Virus record (IMG/VR): IMGVR_UViG_3300049043_000112
Coordinates: 124,001-188,000 of that record
Reading direction: 5' to 3' (one strand)
DNA length: 64,000 bases
Positions 62,701 to 64,000 of the stretch are shown here, one piece after another. The first letter of the stretch is position 1. Each line of letters starts with the position of its first letter. The notes under the pieces were generated by a model. That model searched no databases. It saw only the letters and a program-made list of their open reading frames with translations, and had not been told where the DNA came from. Both the position numbers and the translations under genes were made by a program.

Positions 62701-63042
62701 ACCTCTTACGGTGTCAATCGTACCATCAGCATAAAAGAGTTCTGAACCATATAGAATTGCAATCGTACCAACACCAGAACTGACCTGTCCACTGAATGTT
62801 CTAGCAGTTACAACTCCAGTAAAAAGTCCATCACCAACAACAGACAATTTTGAAGTTGGAATTGTTGTACCAATTCCAAGATTGCGATCAATATAAACGT
62901 CACCAAAAACATCTAAAGAAGTGCTTGCATTTGTTGTTGCAATACCAACTCTTCCAGTTACATCAAGTACTGTCTGATTTTCGGTATAAGAACTAATACC
63001 AACTTTAATTTTTTGTTGTCTGCCGCTGGTATATTTTGCCAT
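61123..63042 (-). CDS. Thr/Gly/Asn-repeat fibre-like protein, paralog of 55214-60223
   Basis: Same repeats; shared IDPA..GDN.GAVRIKGDLYVDG and LLDGAGIGIGSTNIRKTFTYD blocks. Confidence 0.85.
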   Translation of the reverse strand: MAKYTSGRQQKIKVGISSYTENQTVLDVTGRVGIATTNASTSLDVFGDVYIDRNLGIGTTIPTSKLSVVGDGLFTGVVTARTFSGQVSSGVGTIAILYGSELFYADGTIDTVRGVNLNYTGTGSITNFNSVNSVLITASGTNLTFNNGNFTTGNIVTGVVTSITGTNLNYSGIGTIATVGGTNLTYTTGNLGTANIVSGLVTSITGTTLNYSGIGTIATLSGTNLTYTTGNLGTANVVVGVVTTLRGTDISYSGIGTVATLSGTNLTYTTGNLGTANIVTGIVTTISGTTLNYSGIGTIATLSGTNLTYTTGNLGTANVVTGVVTTISGTNLNYTGVGTIATLNSTLGSITTLNGVNVSYTTGNFTTGNIVTGVVTTISGTNLNYTGVGTITNLNATYINSSGIITATQFSTGASGTGINITSGSITGPSTITIDPAGVGDNTGAVRIKGDLYVDGTQFIVNSSTIELADFNVGIATTVASNTLLDGAGIGIGSTNIRKTFTYDFTNDALKSSENFNLPSGKTYKINGTDVLSATTLGAGVVNSSLTSVGTLTQLRVTGVSTFTNGPVLIGSGTSTGTASQRLQVTGGAYVSGEVGIGTAVPRETLDVIGTVGVQASGSTNRFEIQHNSTLNSLDFIFI

Positions 63043-63044
63043 TG

Positions 63045-63386
63045 TTAGTTAAGAGTTTCTAGAATACTTCCTAAGAACTTAATGTCTGTTGCGTTACTTG
63101 CAGAAAGAACAAGCACGTCACCGGATTCAAGAACAAGTTTTCCTGCAAGAAGATTTGCAGTGTCACTTGAAGAAATTGGAAAGTTCTTTAAGATTTCTGT
63201 TGTAACTGCAATTCCAGAGGTTGTTCTCTTATGAGAAAATGAAATTGTTTGAGTATTGCTTCCAATGTTTGCTGCTTGTGCTAAAAGAACAACACCCGTG
63301 TATCCAACGGGTGCTGTATAAATTCCTACTGCACTTGTTGTTGCAACTTTTGTAACCGTCTTAAATACATTTAATGGTAATGCCAT
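63045..63386 (-). CDS. Small beta-rich virion protein
   Basis: MALPLNVFKT...IYTAPVGYTGVVLLAQ...GKLVLESGD...SILETLN. Confidence 0.8.
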   Translation of the reverse strand: MALPLNVFKTVTKVATTSAVGIYTAPVGYTGVVLLAQAANIGSNTQTISFSHKRTTSGIAVTTEILKNFPISSSDTANLLAGKLVLESGDVLVLSASNATDIKFLGSILETLN

Positions 63387-63390
63387 TCTA

Positions 63391-64000
63391 TTAATCTCCT
63401 CCTAATGCTAGAATGAATGGTGTCATTGTGGCGAACAAACTCTTCGAATAGAATGTTCCAGATATGGTTCCAGTGTTTTGATTAACTATGACACCATCAC
63501 CAATTCTAAAGTTACCAGACTGGTCAGTACTTGTGAAAACAACAAGACCACCATTACGAGCATCAGTTTCATTATCTTGAATTGGAACTCCACCTTGAGC
63601 AGGAAGAGCAGAACCAATGTTTGTTCCAGAACCAATGTATTCAAACGAATGCCCAGAAGCTAAAACTCTACTTTGCTTATAAAATGGAACTGTCGAACCA
63701 ACACCAACTGCATAAGGTACATTTTCAGAAACTGTAATTGTAGAAATTCCAGCAGAAATTGGAGTTGCTTGAGTGATTGAATAATATGTTGGAAGTAATT
63801 CTAAAGTCGCTGTTGCTGTATTTATTCCAACATCAGGACCAGCGATTGTGATTGTTGGAGTTGTTGTATATCCTCTTCCACTTGAAACAATATCAATTGC
63901 AATCACACTTCCATTTCTAATTTCTGCGACTGCGGTTGCTTGAACACCCCAATCAGTACTTGGTGCTGAAGATTGTAACAGTTGGAGTTGAAGTATATCC
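63391..64000 (-). CDS. C-terminal part of a large virion/fibre protein (5' end outside window)
   Basis: GRGYTTTPTITI; LASGHSFEYIGSG; GG.VVFTSTDQ.GNFRIG; related to the RASGHTFEY block of 9133-15971. Confidence 0.8.
   Translation of the reverse strand, partial: DILQLQLLQSSAPSTDWGVQATAVAEIRNGSVIAIDIVSSGRGYTTTPTITIAGPDVGINTATATLELLPTYYSITQATPISAGISTITVSENVPYAVGVGSTVPFYKQSRVLASGHSFEYIGSGTNIGSALPAQGGVPIQDNETDARNGGLVVFTSTDQSGNFRIGDGVIVNQNTGTISGTFYSKSLFATMTPFILALGGD

Noticed and set aside
1-64000. Apparent pseudogenes or programmed frameshifts in many genes (thyX, gp53, gp27-like, giant virion proteins, fibres A and C, a methyltransferase)
   Set aside because: Single-base indels are scattered through essential genes with intact sequence on both sides and no shared slippery motif; best explained as long-read consensus error

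Overview
64 kb of an AT-rich T4-like myovirus, most likely a freshwater cyanophage. Evidence: gp32, gp59, gp33, gp4, gp2, gp48, gp53, gp26, gp5, PhoH, ThyX, glutaredoxin, DUF1825-like and DUF4278-like genes, an NtcA box, sigma70-type early promoters and (C/A)TAAATA late promoters. Almost all genes are on the minus strand. Layout: 1-16 kb large virion/fibre proteins; 16.3-17.1 kb an early unit with a Phd-like gene and three tRNAs; 17-30 kb tail/baseplate module; 30-35 kb replication and nucleotide genes plus a Mom-like DNA modifier; 35-38 kb a regulatory-RNA-rich segment; 38-43 kb a glycan-modification cluster (3 glycosyltransferase-like genes, 2 methyltransferases, 1 sulfotransferase); 43-64 kb highly repetitive fibre genes. 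Many essential genes carry single indels, so the sequence looks like an imperfectly polished long-read assembly and I treat these breaks as errors, not pseudogenes. Best candidates for new biology: (1) two tandem glutamine-riboswitch-like aptamers, each with a small ORF nested in its P2 arm, under an NtcA box and upstream of a DUF4278-like gene; (2) a late-promoter glycosyl/methyl/sulfo-transferase cluster directly downstream of fibres packed with N-X-S/T sequons; (3) a tRNA with an Ile(UAU) anticodon and a 24-nt long variable arm. All family assignments are from motif recognition only; no database searches were run.
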